DNA of 50,764 nt, filler included, from Jimgerdemannia flammicorona (taxonomy: Eukaryota): assembly GCA_003990765.1 (NCBI GenBank). It is 2 parts of 2 records of this genome, joined end to end, with 100 filler letters (N's around TTAATTAATTAA, not from the genome) between each part and the next. Parts side by side here need not be neighbours in the genome. Positions count along the whole stretch, not along the records: positions 1 to 25,337 come from RBNJ01000848.1; positions 25,438 to 50,764 come from RBNJ01000849.1. The stretch is one strand, 5' to 3'. Shown in pieces: positions 13,418 through 28,400 of this stretch. Below the pieces are notes generated by a model. It saw only the letters and a list, made by a program, of their open reading frames with translations, ran no database searches and had not been told where the DNA came from. The translations under genes and the position numbers were made by a program. How positions within the stretch are numbered: position 1 is the stretch's first letter; every line of letters begins with the position of its first letter.

Positions 13418-16400
13418 TGGCTATGAGTTTAGTAGTTATCTAAACTTGAAGTATTCTTGAAACTCAGTCTGATTCTGGTAGGCCTTGAAGTTTGAGATTT
13501 ATGATAAGTATATCTAGACTATACTCTGAATACTATTAAAGAATTCTTCTATAGTCAGTGGCTTAATAGTGTACCATTGTCTTTCTATGGCTCATTGTAC
13601 AGTACTGATGGTCTTGAGGGCTGTAGCAGTACTCTATAGATTAGCTATGATATTTCTTGAATTGATTTCAGTGAATGGCAGTAGAGATAATTGTGCCTGA
13701 GAGTTTTTGTTGCCAAAAGATAGTTTCTTTTATATCTTGTAAAAGGTAAGGTTCTTCCTACTTAGGTTTCAGCTTTTATAACTATGAAGCTTTTACTATA
13801 TTTCAATATACCAGAACCTTATCACCTATCTTGATAATCTCTAGAGACTTGTGAATCTTTTCTGCATTATTCTGCTATAGTATCTGTATGTTGATTATAT
13901 AATTCTCAGCCTTCTTTCTGATTTAGTATAATCTCTATATTTTTGTATCTATGTATTTCCATATAGCATCTCTATTAGATAATAAGATTTCTTGAGAACT
14001 TTCTTCTCTGAACAGTATCTCTTGAGGGGTGAAATGCATACTTTGTGATCAAATATCCCAAAGAACAGATAATGCTATTAGCAGATAGTGATTCTAGTTT
14101 TCATAGTTATTATAGATCTTAGTAATGATGTTTTTGAGAGTCTTATTAGTTCTTTCTATTTGTCTATTTTCCTGAGAGTAATAGGCTGTAGTCTGAATAT
14201 GCTATATCTTATACTTCATGTAGAGAATCTTAAAGAACTAGTTCATGAATTCTATTTCTCTATCTATAGTTACTTATGCTAGAGTCTTGAATTGGCAGAT
14301 AATTTCTTTATAAAGAAAATCAGTAATTGACTATATATTGGCTATAATGGTAATAATGTATTAGTTATCAGTTAAAGTCAAGAGTAGAGGACTAATTACA
14401 TCTATTATAATATATATAAAAGGTACTAGTTTTATGTGTACTGATCCTGAAATCTGATTTAGTTAGTCTTATTTCTGTTTTGGTATTTGTCATAAGTCTT
14501 AACAAGTCATCTGATATTTTTCTCTATTCCTGGCCACTATATTGTTCTTCTTACTTTATCATAGGTATTTGTTCCTTCTAGTTGGCTGAGTTTATATACT
14601 GATTTCATTACTTGCTCTTTCTTGTATTTGGGTATGATTAGTAGCTTTCCTTTCTTTAGTATTTCTTCATCAGTCTCAAATTGTTTCTATATTCTATTGA
14701 TAATCATTTATATCCATTCTTCCAGATGTTGGGGCATCTTTTACTGTTCCAGATAGGTGATAATTCCATAGTAGAGTTTCTTATTCATGGTCAATTTACT
14801 GGTTGAGAGTCCTTTGGGATATCTGTGAGAGGATATCTGCATTGGCATTGGTTCTTTTAGAGTAGTACATAATGGTTACATTATAGGCTTATATCTTTAT
14901 AATCTATCTAGTATAGATTTCTTTGAGTTATCTGATAGTTAGCAACTAAGTAAGAGTGGAGTGGTCTTTCTAGATAGTGAAGTGTCTTTCTGCAAGATAG
15001 TAGTGAAACTTCTCTATGACTCAGATGACTGTAAGATATTCTAACTTATAGAATTTATACTCCTTTTCAGCTTCTTGGATTTTTTGACTGAGATATATGA
15101 TGATATATTCTACTTTATCTTTTATTTGGGCCAGGATGGCTTCTAGTCCTTGGATACTTATATCTGTCTGTAAGATGAATTCTTGAGTCCAATTGGGTCT
15201 TCTAAGGTTAGATACTTGAGTGAGTCTGATCTTGATGCTAGTCTATTAGAACTTGACATCATTTTTATTGAGTTCATAAATGGGGTCTAAAATATTAAAG
15301 AATCCTCTAATAAATCTATGGTATTATGAGGTAAGTCCTATAAAGACTTGAGCTTCAGTGATAGTAGTGGGTCTTAGATATACTGCTACTTCTTGAATCT
15401 TAAAGAAGTCTGTATATATTCTATCTCAGTTGATGATATAACTAAGAAAAAAGATCTCAATTTTCACAAACTTATACTTCATGGACTTCATATAAAGACT
15501 ATACTATCTTAGCTTCTCTATTATCTACTAAATATACTGTAGATATTCTTTAGCTATCTTGCTATAGATAATAACAAATATTATTCATATAAACTATTAT
15601 TTATCTTCTCATATCATAGTTGAATATTTTGTTTATCATTCACTGAAAGCTTACTGGTATATTACATATTTCAAATAATATTCACAGATAGATATAGGTT
15701 TTGTCTGAGATAAGAAAGGCTGATTTTTCACTTACTGCTTTAGTGAGATCAATTTGGTAGAATCCTGAGTATAAATCCAAGGTACTGCAGTTCTGTACTT
15801 TATCTCCCAGAGTTATAAGAATATCACTAATAAGAGGCAGTAGTTGGTAATCCTTCTTTATAGCCAGGTTGAGCTTCCTGTAATCAGTGCAGAGTCTTGA
15901 GGCAAATTCTCCTAGTTTGCTTTCTTTTTTTAGAATCAATATAACTGGTGAAGCCCAATGACTGCTGGTTTCTTTAATGGTACCAGCTTCTTCCATCTGC
16001 TTGATTTCTTCTCTGAGCCATTTATAATAGGCTAATAGAATTGATTTTGCTTTTTGATAGATTGGTTTGGTGTCTTCTATATCTATATCATAATAATAGT
16101 ATAGAGTCTTTCTCTTAATATCCTTGAAGTCTATAGCTAGGATATCTTCAAATTTATAGAGAATCTTCCTGAGTTCCTTCTTGAGTAGAAATTTATTTCT
16201 AATAATATAGCTATACTTGTTTGTAGTTTCCTCCTTCTTGTAATCTAGTTCAGTAATCTTAATACTAGTAAATACTTCTCTTTCAGTAGATCTAAATTTC
16301 TTGCTTTCTCTTTCTGTTTTCTCCAACTTCTTGACTTCTATGATCTTTGGCTAAAGAACTGAGAAGATCAACATCTATACTAATCAGTCTTTATTTTTTA

Positions 16401-19370
16401 TTAGAAATATAATCATAGGGTAATAGTTCCTAGTAATAAGTAGTATTTCTCCAATATAGTCTGAATTGATAACTCCTCCTTCAATAGTAATCTCACTCTT
16501 GACTAGGCTGCTTCTTGTCTTGAAGATCTCGATATGATTCTTTGGAATAGTCATTTCCAGACCAGTTGCAAGTAGGGTAGTTATCTGGGACTTTAGTACA
16601 GTTTCTTCTACTATAGAGATATATATTCCAGCTATATTCTCTGACTTATATTCTGGTAGAACTGCATCAGGGTGGATTTTCTGAATCTTGACTCTAATTT
16701 CTTCATTGTTACTATCCTTTAGGAGGGCTGGTGATTTATCATCCTCTTCCTTCTCCTTTTCTTATCTTGCCTGTTTCTCATAAGCTTTTTTTCTTCTTTC
16801 ATAGTAGATTTTCTTGATTCCACTGATACACTAATAGTAATTATCAATATGTTTCATATAGTACATCTTGATTCTGTGAGAGCAGCTCCTTATGGTATAT
16901 ATTCTTTAATGATTCTTTTATATCATTTACCATCACTAATCTATCTAACTTTCTTCTTCTTTTTCTGAATAGTCACTATATAGGCTTCTTTCTTGCTTTC
17001 TTTTTTCTCTATCTCAGACAGCACTCTTTTGTTAATATTGATGGAAATTTGCATCTTTTGATCTTAGTAAATAATCTGTATCTTCTGGGTATTGAGGTTA
17101 ATTATTACTCTGGCTTTATGAAGTCACTGATTACTAATGAGAATTTCATAGTTAGTAGTATTAGTTATGATCATATCTACTAGAATGGTTGCTCTTTCAA
17201 ACTTAATGAGAATATCTCAGATCTTTCTCAGAGGTATGGCTCTTGTACTATCTGCTATAATGAAAACTAATTTGATTACTTCTTCAATCTTCTAACTTGA
17301 GTGGTCTGCTGCTTTCTTACTTAGGAGACATTCTTCCACTTCTGTATCAATGATGGTCTCAAAGATTCTGTCTTCAATTTGATAGATTGTATAGGTAGAT
17401 ATCTTGCAATTATCTTCACTCTCTTCTTCAGAGTCTTTTTGAATATTATTGGTCTCAGTTATCTTCCATTCTTACTTCTTAGTTATATCAGTAAGTCTAT
17501 ATCTCATTTGCTGTCTGAATGTGGGTATTTCTGCTAGCTGGTCAAAGGTTGTATTGACCTTTTGTAGACTGAGATCCTTGAAGATATTATACTTAAATTT
17601 CTTAGTCTTGCAAAGCTTCTTCTCCTTTTCTCCTTCACTGACTAGAGTAGTTTCTCAAATGATATCTTAAACAGCCTGTTTCAGCTCTATATCTTGATTT
17701 ATTTCTTTATCTTGGCTTTCTATAGAAGTTTTCAACTATTTTTTCACAGAGTTCTTCTTGGGTCTTTCTGGTGGTCTCTTATAGAGTTGCTTATAAACAT
17801 TCTTCTTAACAGTCTCAGTAGAGTAGGCTTTCTATTCTTCTTCATCTAATTCTCCAATCTCCTCAAAGATGATAGTATTGGCCTATTTCTTATTTTGAGT
17901 AGCATTGCTTGGCTGGGCCTTGTATTTGGTTTTGCTCATATATTTATATAAGTAGTAGTCTTCTTCTCTACAGATGTAGCAGATATCTCTCTTTTTGTCT
18001 GAAGTGATAGCAAACTTCTGAACTGGGCAGTGGTCTCTTCCTCTAATTTCCTTTACTATATCTCTGAGATAAGTAGTCATTTTGGCAAACTTCTTAACAA
18101 GTTCCTCTATAGAGTCACTATTTCTCTATTGATCTATAGCTCTTGGCTGAGATATGTTTCAATTGATCAATATAGTAAGAATTATACTAGTTTCCTTGAG
18201 TATTTCAATTTTAAATCCAGTAACTCTTTCTACTATATAATCTTGTAGTTATCTGGCTATCCAATATTGTTGGATATAGATAACCTTTTATACTAGATTC
18301 TGGACTACTGATGATGAGCAGATGACCAGAGCTATCTCTGAATGAACTCCTTTCATAAAGGTTGTCTTGGCTACTTAATCTTGGATAGCAGTAATATAAT
18401 CTGTAAAGATTATCTAAATTAGATTCTAATATAGAATGTGTTTAGATCTTCACTCATTTCTTAGTAAGTTATATTGAGCTGATCCTTCAGAGCTTACTTA
18501 ATCTCATCTTGTAGTAGGTAGTTTGGAGCTAGACCTTCTATGCTATCAGTATAGTATCAGTATTATTTTCTATATAGATTATAGCTATGAATGCTACTCT
18601 TGCTAGTTCTCATAGACTGAAGAGCATGAGGGCTACTTACTGTACTACTATTAGTGTTTTTATGGCAGTATACTGTTTAAAATCATCAATGAAGATAATG
18701 ATCAATTTATCTAAAGTATATCCATAGAATACTAGTGGTCTTGATTTATGTAGTTGTTTAGATAGTAGCAGTTATTCATTATTCAGCTTGAAAGTGAGAA
18801 ATTCATCTTAAATCTCCAGCCAATAGATATCAAGTTATAATATAGTAGATATATAACTATATAAGTAACTAAAATATATATATATATAACTGTATAAGTA
18901 TATCAGATTTCTATATCTTAAAAACTTAATCTTCTTTGACTCTATAGAGTCCTTGGAATATAAAGTTAATAAGTTTGAAGTATATCTGTCTGCAGGCTTA
19001 CTAGTTTCTTTACTTTCTCTTACTTTGAACTATTTCAATCTTAGGTTTATTTACTCTAGATATTGGAGATATTTATACAAGTTTGCTAGCCATAAGATGG
19101 CTAAGTTATAGCTAAGTTTTCTGCAAGTTATTTTTTATATATATTAAATCTTTTAACATTTGTTAAATCTTTGATGATTGTCAAAATTTTAATATCTGCA
19201 GAATCTTTAATATCTGCAAAGTGTTTAATATTTGTAAAAACTTTAACATTTGCAAAATGACTATGACTGCTATTTGTAAGGCTATACTATATTTGAGAAT
19301 TAGATTTAGATACTATAATCAAGTGTCTAATTTCCCTGATTCCTATTCCTAATTCAGATCAACTGTTACA
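13418..19370 (-). mobile_element. Ty3/Gypsy family A copy A1 (gag-PR-dUTPase-RT-RH-IN), heavily mutated, 3' end missing
   Basis: ORF 15682-16326 spans the dUTPase tail and RT start (SHWASPVILILKK...RLCTDYRKLN...LDLYSGFYQI). Knuckle remnant CYICREEDYYLYKY. The ~480-bp 5' LTR starts TGTAAC at 19370 and matches 21376-21849. Confidence 0.88.
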
Positions 19371-19720
19371 ATAGCTAAATTATAGTAATAAATTTAAATA
19401 GTAACTTGGTATATTTCTCTGATACTTATTATATTATATCAAAAATTAGAAGAAATAATACCTCCTATTAAGTTGTATTTCAATAAATAAGCTAAGTAAT
19501 ATAGTAGAGTATAAAACAATATAAGAAGATGATTAAGTAAAGATTAATATAATGATAATATCTGAATATTAAATAATTTGAAAATAACTACTAAGTATAA
19601 AACAATATAATAATAATAGCTAAGTGTAAGATGATATTTATATATAAATAAATAAGTATAAATAATATAATTATTAAGTATAGAATAATATAATGAATAA
19701 TTTTAGAATAATATAATAAA

Positions 19721-19825
19721 TAAGTATAAAACTATATACAGAATAATGATAATAACTAAGTATAAAACTATATATAGAATAATGATAATAACTAAGTATA
19801 AAACTATATATAGAATAATGATAAT
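19721..19825. repeat. AT-rich 36-bp tandem repeat (about 3 copies, with degenerate units back to ~19490)
   Basis: TAAGTATAAAACTATATAYAGAATAATGATAATAAC repeated. Confidence 0.8.
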
Positions 19826-19879
19826 GATTAAATGCAGAATGTACTTATAACTTCTTACTATTTTTATCTTTTTTAAATA

Positions 19880-21375
19880 TTCTACATCTTTTTTATTACT
19901 CTTCTCAGCTATTTTATAATAAATTTCCCTAATCTTAATAGTATACTGATAGTAATTATTAATATATTCTATACAAATATTTGATTTCTATAAAGGTAGA
20001 TTTCTTGAGAGATATATCTATTAATAATCTTCTTATACTATTCTTCTTTATTAATCTATTTGATATTTTTCTTCTTTTATATAGTTACTATATATATTTC
20101 TTCTTTTTCATTATTGGGGTTTTTCTCTATCTTAGAAAATACTCCTTTGTTGATATTGATTAGAATTTATATCTTTTATCCTTAGTAAACAATTATATTT
20201 TCTGATAATTTATATCAATAATTACTCTATACTGATTTTTGATAAGAATATTATAGTTAGTTATATTGATAATAATTATATCTACTGAGATTATTACTTC
20301 TTCAAACTTGATCAGATCTTTTTCAAAGAAATAACTCTAATATATATATACATACTATCTACTATAATAAATACTCAGTTTTGTAGATTTTTCAATTTTC
20401 CAATCTAGACAGTCTACTGCTTTTTTACTAAGAAAATATTCTTCTACTTTAGTATTGATAATAATCTTAAAGATTCTATCTTCTATTTATATATAAGTAA
20501 GAGATCTTATAATTATCTTAACTCTCTTTATTAAGTCATTTTAAGTATTATTAATCTCTACTATCTTTCAATCTTAGTTCTTGATAGTTTCATATAGTTC
20601 AAGTTTTATTTATTGTCTAAAGATAGAGTTTTTTACTAATTGTCCCAAGATATTATTAATCTTTATTAACTGAGATTCTTGAAGATATTACACTTCAAAA
20701 TTTAATACTTATATAGCTTTTTCTCTTTTACTCCTTTACTGACAGAGATCATATTTCAAATAATATCTTTAATTACTTATTTAAGCTCTCTATCTTAGAC
20801 AATTCTCTCTAATCTGATTTTACTTTTAATAATTACTTCTGATTATTTTTCTTCAGATTTCTTAGTTAAGCTATTTTTAGATCTTCTAAAAAGTCACTTA
20901 TATAACTTCTCATAAATATTCATTTTGTATAATATATTTTTTATTCTTACTTTTATCTATTTCTCTAATTTTCTTAAAGATAATAATATTGACCCATTTG
21001 TAATTTCTAATAGTATTGCTTAACTGAGATTTTTGTTTAATTTTATTAGAAGTAATAATATTCTTTTCTATAGATATAGTAGATTTTTTTCTTATTAGTT
21101 ATTATAGTAAACTTCTAGACTAAGTAATTATTTTCCCCTCAGATTTTTTTTATTTTATCTTTTAAGTATATAGTTATTTTAACAAACTTCTTAGTAAGTT
21201 CTTTCATAAGATTACTGTTTTCGTACTATTCTGTAATCTTTGACTATAGTATATTTTAATTGATAAGAGTTGAGAGAATTATATTAGTAATTTTAAATAT
21301 CTCAATTCTGACTTCTATAATTCTTTCTATATATAATTATAAGAGTATATAACTATTAAGTATTACTAAGTATAC
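19880..21375 (-). mobile_element. Extremely decayed family A fragment A0 (gag-protease region)
   Basis: Collinear with A1 at ~16850-18250 but with further C>T/G>A changes. Abuts the A2 LTR. Confidence 0.7.
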
Positions 21376-24300
21376 TGTGATGGTTAATCTGAATTAGCAA
21401 TATGAATCAGGGGAAAAGACACTTGATTATGATATTTGAATATAATTATCAAATATAGTATAGTCTTACAAATAGCAGTCATGTTTTCACAAATGTAGAA
21501 ACTTTATAAATATAGAAATTCTACAGATATATAATCTTCACAATTATAGAGATTTTACAGATATAGAGGATCTACATTTATAAAAAATAACTCACAGGAA
21601 ACATAGTCATAACTTAGCCACCTTATAGCTAGCAAACTTATATAAATATTCCAGTATCTAGAGTGAATAAACCTCAGATTGAAATAGTTCAAAGTAAAGA
21701 GAAAGCAAGGGAACTAGTAAGCCTATGGGCAGATATACTTCAAACTTACCCATCCTTGTATCTGAGGACTCTATAGAGTCAAAGAAGATTAAGTTTTCAA
21801 GATACAGAAATCCAACATACTTTCAAGATTAAGCATCTACTACATTACACCTTGGTGTCTTTCAGCTGGTGATTCAAGATGAATCCCTCACTTTCAAGCT
21901 AAATAATGAATAACCACCACCACCTAAATGACCATACAAATTGAATCAAGATATCCAGACAAGATAGATATAAGATGACCAATATTCTATAGTTATACTT
22001 CCGATATATCAATCATTACTTTCATTGATGATTTCAAGTAATATACTACTGTAAGAGGTCTGACAGAAAGGCAGCAAGTAACCCTCATGTTCTTCAGTCT
22101 CTGAGAACTAGCAATAGTAGTATTCACAGCTATAACCTATATAGGAAATGATGATGATACTATGCTAGCAGCATAGAAGATCTGGCTTCAAGCCACATAC
22201 TATATAGATAAGATCAAGTAGATACTAAAGAATCAGTTCAATATAATGCCAAAGAATAAGTGAGGATTCAAATATATTTTATACCAGAATCTGATATCAG
22301 ATAATCCTTATAGATTATACTACCACTATTAGAAATTAAGTAGCCAAAGTAACCTTTATGAAAAGAATCCACCCAGAGATAGTCTGGCCATCTACTCATT
22401 ACCAATAGTCCTGGATCTGACACAGAAGGTCACCTATACTCAGCAATACTAGATAGTCAGACACCTATAAGACTATATAATAGAGAGAGTCACTAGAGTC
22501 AAAATTGAAACACCTAAGGCAATTAGTATGATTCCTACTATAGTGATAAATCAAAACACATCTCAACTAAGAGCTATTGAACAATAGAGAAATAGTGACC
22601 CTATGGAGGAACTTGCTAAGAAGTTTACTGAAATGACAGTCTACCTAGAAGATGTGGTAAAGGAAATTAAAGGAAGAGACTACCACCTAGTTCTGAAATT
22701 TGTTACCATCTCAGACAAGAAGTGAGATATGTACCTGCTATACTTGTAGAGAAGAGGGCTACTACTTATATAAATGTATGAGTGAAATCAAGTACAAGGC
22801 ACAACTAAGCAATGCTATATAAAATAAGGAGTAGACCAATACAATTACCTTCAAAGAGATTGAAGAATCAGATAAAGAGGAATGGAAAGCCTACCCTGCT
22901 GAGACTATCAGAAAAGATGTTCATAAATAACTCTATAAGAGTCCACCAGAGAGACCTAAGAAGAACTTTATAGAAAAGTAGATAGAGACTACTACAGAAA
23001 GTCAAGGTGAAGAAACATATCAAGATATAGAGCTAGAATAGGCTGTTCAAGATATTATCTAAGGAACCACTCCAGCAAGTAAAAGAGAAAAGGAGAAGAA
23101 GCTTGCAAAACTAAGACCTTCAAGTATGATATCTTTAAAGATCTCAGTCAATAAAAAGTCAATATAACCTTCAGCCAGCTGGTAGAAATACCTATATTTA
23201 GACAGCAAATGAGATATGGACTTGCTGAAACAACTAAGAAGTAAGGATGGAAGATAACTGAGATGAATAATGTTCAAGAAGACTCAGGAGAAGAAAGCAA
23301 AAACAACTATAAGATCTCTGTCCATACAACCTATCAAATTGAGGACAGAGTCTTTGAGGCTATCATTGATATAGGAGCAGAAGAATACTGCCTCAGTAAG
23401 AAAACAGCAGACCACCTAGGTAGGGAAGTTGAAAAAGCAATCAAATTGATGTTTGTTATAGCAGATAGTACAAGAGCTATATCTCTGGGAAAGATCTGAG
23501 ATATTCACATCAAGTTTGGAGAAGTAATTATTCCAGTAGATGTAATTATGACTAATGTAATTAACTATGATATCCTTATTGGCAATAAATAGTTTTATAA
23601 GGCCAAGACTATAATTAATCTGAATGCTTAGAAGTACAAATTATCTACTATAGACAGAAGATACAAATTCTCATCAATGTCAACAAAGGAGTCCTGTCTG
23701 AGATAGAGAAAGAGAAAAGTGAACAAGAGGAAGCCTACATGGTGATAACTCAGAAAAAGAAGAAGAAAATTGGATAGATGAGTGAAGAAGACTGATACAA
23801 GAAAATTATAAAAAAATGTTCACTACAAGGAGTCTGTCCCTATGAGATCTGAATGTACTATATAGAGCATATCAATAAGTATTACATACCAGTACACTGG
23901 CAAAATCAAGGATATCTATCACCAAAGAAGAGAGAAGACTCTTGAGAAACAGGCAAAAGAAGAAAAGAAAATGAAAGAAGAAGAGGATGATGAACCATCA
24001 GCTCTCTTTGAAGACAGTAATGATGAAGATAAAATCAAGATCAAGATTCAGAAGATTCATTCTGATGCAGTCTTACCAGAATATAAGTCAGAAAATGCAG
24101 CTGAAATAGATATTACCACAGTAAAGGAAACTGTACTTGAACCTCAGACAACCACCCTACTTACAACTGGTCTGGAAATGATCATTCCAAAGGACCATAT
24201 TGGAATCCTCAGGACAAGAAGCAGCCTAGCTAGGAGTAAAATCACAATTGAAGAAGAAGTCATTAATTCAGATTACATTGGAGAGAACTACTCATTGCTA

Positions 24301-25207
24301 GGAACTACAATCCTATAATTCCATTTCCAATCAAGAAGAATGACTAACTAGTATAGATATTGATCTTCCCAGTTCTTCAGCTAAGAATCATAGAAGTCAA
24401 AAAGTTAGAGGAAACAGAAAGAGAAAGGAAAGAATTCAGATCCACAGGAAGAGGAGTATTTACCAGTACCAAGATCACCAAGCTAGAGCATAAGAAGGAG
24501 GAAACTATAAATAAGCACAGCTATACTATTGAAAATAAATTCCCACTCTAAATGAAGCTCAAGAAAATACTCCATAAATTCAAGGATATTCTCACCATGG
24601 ACTTCAAAAATATTAAAAGAAAGACTTCACACTACTATGTATCATAATATAGATACTGGAGATACTGAACTAATTTACCAGAAGGCAAGATCTGTCCCAC
24701 CAGCCTACCAAGAATAGCTCAGAGAAGAAATCAAGCAGATAGAAGAAGCTGGTATCATCAAGGAAGCCAGTAGCCCCTAATCTTCACCAGTTGTACTAGT
24801 CTCAAAGAAAGGAAGCAAGTCTAGAGAATTTACCCCAAGACTCTATATTGATTATAGAAAACTTAATATAGTTACCAAGAAGGATTGCCAACCACTACCC
24901 CTCATTAGTGATATTCTTATAACTCTGAGAGATAAAGTACAATACTATATATAGCACCTTGGATCTATACTCAGAATTCCACCAAATCAGACTCACAGAA
25001 ACAGCAAGTGAGAAATCAGCCTTCATCACCTCAGATAGAACCTATGTCTACCTGCAAATACTATTTGGAATATATAATATACTAGCAAGTTTCCAGCAAA
25101 TGATGAATAAAATCTTCCACTATAATATGGGAAGATAGATGATGATTTATATAGATAATGTGATTATCTATAGCCAGATACCAGAGGAACATCTGCAGTA
25201 CATCTAG
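21376..25207 (+). mobile_element. Ty3/Gypsy family A copy A2: 5' LTR 21376-21849, PBS, gag, PR, dUTPase and RT start; cut by repeat X and the gap
   Basis: TGTGA...TTACA LTR followed by ccTTGGTGTC. PR motif AIIDIGA (23263-23499), dUTPase RTRSSLA...VINSDYIGE (23971-24318), RT remnant YIDN. Confidence 0.88.
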
Positions 25208-25337
25208 CCGGCTCCTTTCTCCGCTACCTTACCGGTCACAAGGTTTGGTAGGCAACCTTCCGAGTCCCCTTTCCCCTATTATTACCCCCTCTACCTCGGG
25301 TTGGTTTGCTGTGCCTGCATGGGCATGGTGGGAGGAG
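25208..25337 (-). repeat. Unclassified repeat X, copy 1 (runs into the gap)
   Basis: Reverse complement of 34699-34825. Confidence 0.85.
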
Positions 25338-25437
25338 NNNNNNNNNNNNNNNNNNNNNNNNNNNNNNNNNNNNNNNNNNNNTTAATTAATTAANNNNNNN
25401 NNNNNNNNNNNNNNNNNNNNNNNNNNNNNNNNNNNNN
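25338..25437. other. Assembly gap containing an artificial TTAATTAATTAA linker
   Basis: N run with a linker at 25382-25393 that has stops in all six frames. Confidence 0.95.
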
Positions 25438-28400
25438 AGCATGTGTTGATGATAAAGAAGCTCAAGCACTCCGAGAAATCCTGAACAATGATGATGCTGA
25501 CAAGCATACCCGGTACAATCAATACCAACTCAAGGACAATGCTATCTACTACAAGGATAGACTGTATGTTCCAAACAACCGAGACCTCAGGAGGACTATC
25601 CTATTCGAATGTCATGATGCCCCTACAGCTGGACATTTAGGATTCGATAAATGTTACGAAGTTATCTCCTGAAACTTCTATTGGCCCCACATGGCAGATC
25701 AACTCAAAACCTATATTACTTCCTGTAATGCCTGCCAACGAAACAAGTCCTCAACACTAGCAAAACCCGGCTTACTTCACCCTATCCCAGTACCATCTGC
25801 AAATTGGGAACAAATCTCTATGGACTTCATTGTACAACTACCCCGAACCAAGAACGGGAAGGATGCAATTGTTGTCTTTGTGGACTATCTCAGCAAACAA
25901 GCCCACTTTGTGCCTACTACCACTACTGCAACAGCACCAGAAATAGCCACACTCTTGTTTGACAACATCTTCTGCTATCATGGTCTTCCCAAGATCATTG
26001 TTAGTGACCGAGATCCGAAATTTACCAGCCACTTTTGGAAAGCCCTCCATGCGCACCTTGGAATAAAACTTGCACTATCCACGGCCTTTCACCCAGAAAC
26101 TGATGGCCAAACTGAAAGAATGAACCGAACTCTGGAATAGATGCTAAGGAACTATGTCTCCTACAGACAAGATGATTGGCATGAACATCTCACCACAGTC
26201 AAGTTTGCCTTTAACAACAGCAAGCAAGCCTCTCTTGGAATGACCCCATTCTTCGCCAACACTGGACAAAATCCAAACACCCCATTGACACTTATCCGAA
26301 CCACTGAAGAACTCTCCACAGTCGAAGCTGTTGAAGAATTCCTACTCTGAATGCGCAATATAAGCCAGATCGCAATTGAGAATTTATCATGAGCTCAAGA
26401 ACAACAGTCACAATATGTTAACCAACACTGCCGAGAAGAAACCTTTGATATTGGAGAAAAAGTTCTACTGGACATCAGAGGATACCGAGTTGACAACCTC
26501 AAGCACAGACCATCTACAAAGCTGAACAGCAAGTTCATTGGACCATTCGAAGTCATTGCACAAGTCTCTCCAACCTCCTACAGACTGGCGCTACCGGACA
26601 CCATTAAGATTCACCCAGTCTTTAATGTTCAACGTCTCAAGTGATACAACGACAATGATGACGAACTATTTCCAAATCGAACCACCAAACCACCTGCACC
26701 TGTCATCATTAATGACCAAGAAGAATACGAAGTTGAACAAATCCTCAACAAACATGGAAACAAGAACCATCCTGAGTACCTTGTCAAATGGAAAGGTTAC
26801 CCGATCCATGATGCAACCTGGGAACCCAAGACCAATCTCCAGAATGCTACTGACCTAGTTCAGGAATATGATTCCTTGAACAACTAGAACCAAAAACTCT
26901 GCACCCATCTATACATACTATATATTACCCTCCTGAACATTATAACTATCACGAACCAAGTTGAGAACTCAGCAAAACAAGACAAGACTACTGAATCCCT
27001 GGAAAAAATAGCAAAACTGAAAGCAAGCCTATTCTCCCTGTACCACTGGTGGAAAACAAGGCGTAGACATTAAGAAGATTCCTTAGAGGAAATTCTCCAG
27101 CAGTGAACAACATCAGAATCACTTCCGGTGCATGGCATTGAACATATGACCCTTTAACATGTGAATCCAACGCGTTAGGCAACTGTACTATGAGCATGCC
27201 ACTTTCTGAGAAAATGAACCTTACCAGACTTTTGACCTCCCAAACGGTGTAACAACACTAGAACAAATTAGAAGGCCCCGACGAGGACGTCGAAAGCTAA
27301 GAAGGGGAGAGTTGTAAGCACACAACCTCTAAGCCACCGAAATTATACGTCACCCTCTGAACAAACCACTGAAATCACACGTGACCTCCGAACAAATCTG
27401 GAAATCACCTGCTTGATCATGAAGCTGAGTCAAACCAAAGTCACAGCGCACAAAGCTGAGTCAATACGAAGTCATGGAATACAAGATCTATACAAACGGA
27501 ACCTTACCAATCAGGACCAAATGCATATATACTGAGCACCGAGACGCGTCAAGTCAGAGAACCAAAACAAACAACAACCACAACTTCCAAACACACAAAC
27601 ATGACCACTGAGATCTACAACCACATCCGCGCTGACATTTGGAATGCCATTGTCAACCGAGCCACACCCCCTCTGCCCCTCATGAATATCCATAGCCTGG
27701 CACCCCTCTACTTTGTGGAAGCCCGATGGAATGCCCTGAACATGCTTAGCGAGGCCCACCAAATCGGATAAATCTCAAGCTACTATCAGATTGGCCGCCT
27801 CCTGGAAGACATGGTCGAACACCACCATGATACAGACATTACCCAGATGTCTCAACACCAGAAGCTCATTGCCCGCAAACATCGAGAACTCTTCTATGAG
27901 TACAATACCTTTATTCCCCGCCTCCGAGTTACTACCAGCGAAATGGTTGCTACCCTGTCCTACAGCCAAATCAATGACATGATACAAGAAATCAACCACA
28001 AGTACCTCGAATATGTCCAGACCACAGACAGAACCTTCTCGCACCCTGATGACCACATCCTGCAAATGCCTCAAGTCGGATATGCCATAAAGGACATCTA
28101 TAATATAATCCACTTCGACGAAGATAAAGCAGAAGACAATGATCCCTCTGACGCCGACATGACCCCTAGCCAAGGATCTCTGCCAACCCTGATCACTCCG
28201 CCAACCTTGCCGATGAACTTACAACAGTTCATAACTGTATACGAGACTTATTGGGACAATGACCACTGGCACAAATACCAACCCGCGTTCACCCCCGACT
28301 ACTTCAACTACAATGAAGAGACTGGAGAACACAACCTGTACCTCCAGACAACCCTCGAGATTGAACCAACAATGCCACTACCTGAGTACAAGCGACTTGG

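Noticed and set aside
19371..19435. About 60-bp match to the B1 LTR (9718-9780) as the B1 5' LTR
   Set aside because: Similarity ends quickly; likely a fragment of a related LTR.
25382..25393. Palindromic TTAATTAATTAA inside the N run
   Set aside because: Artificial contig linker; adjacency across the gap is unproven.
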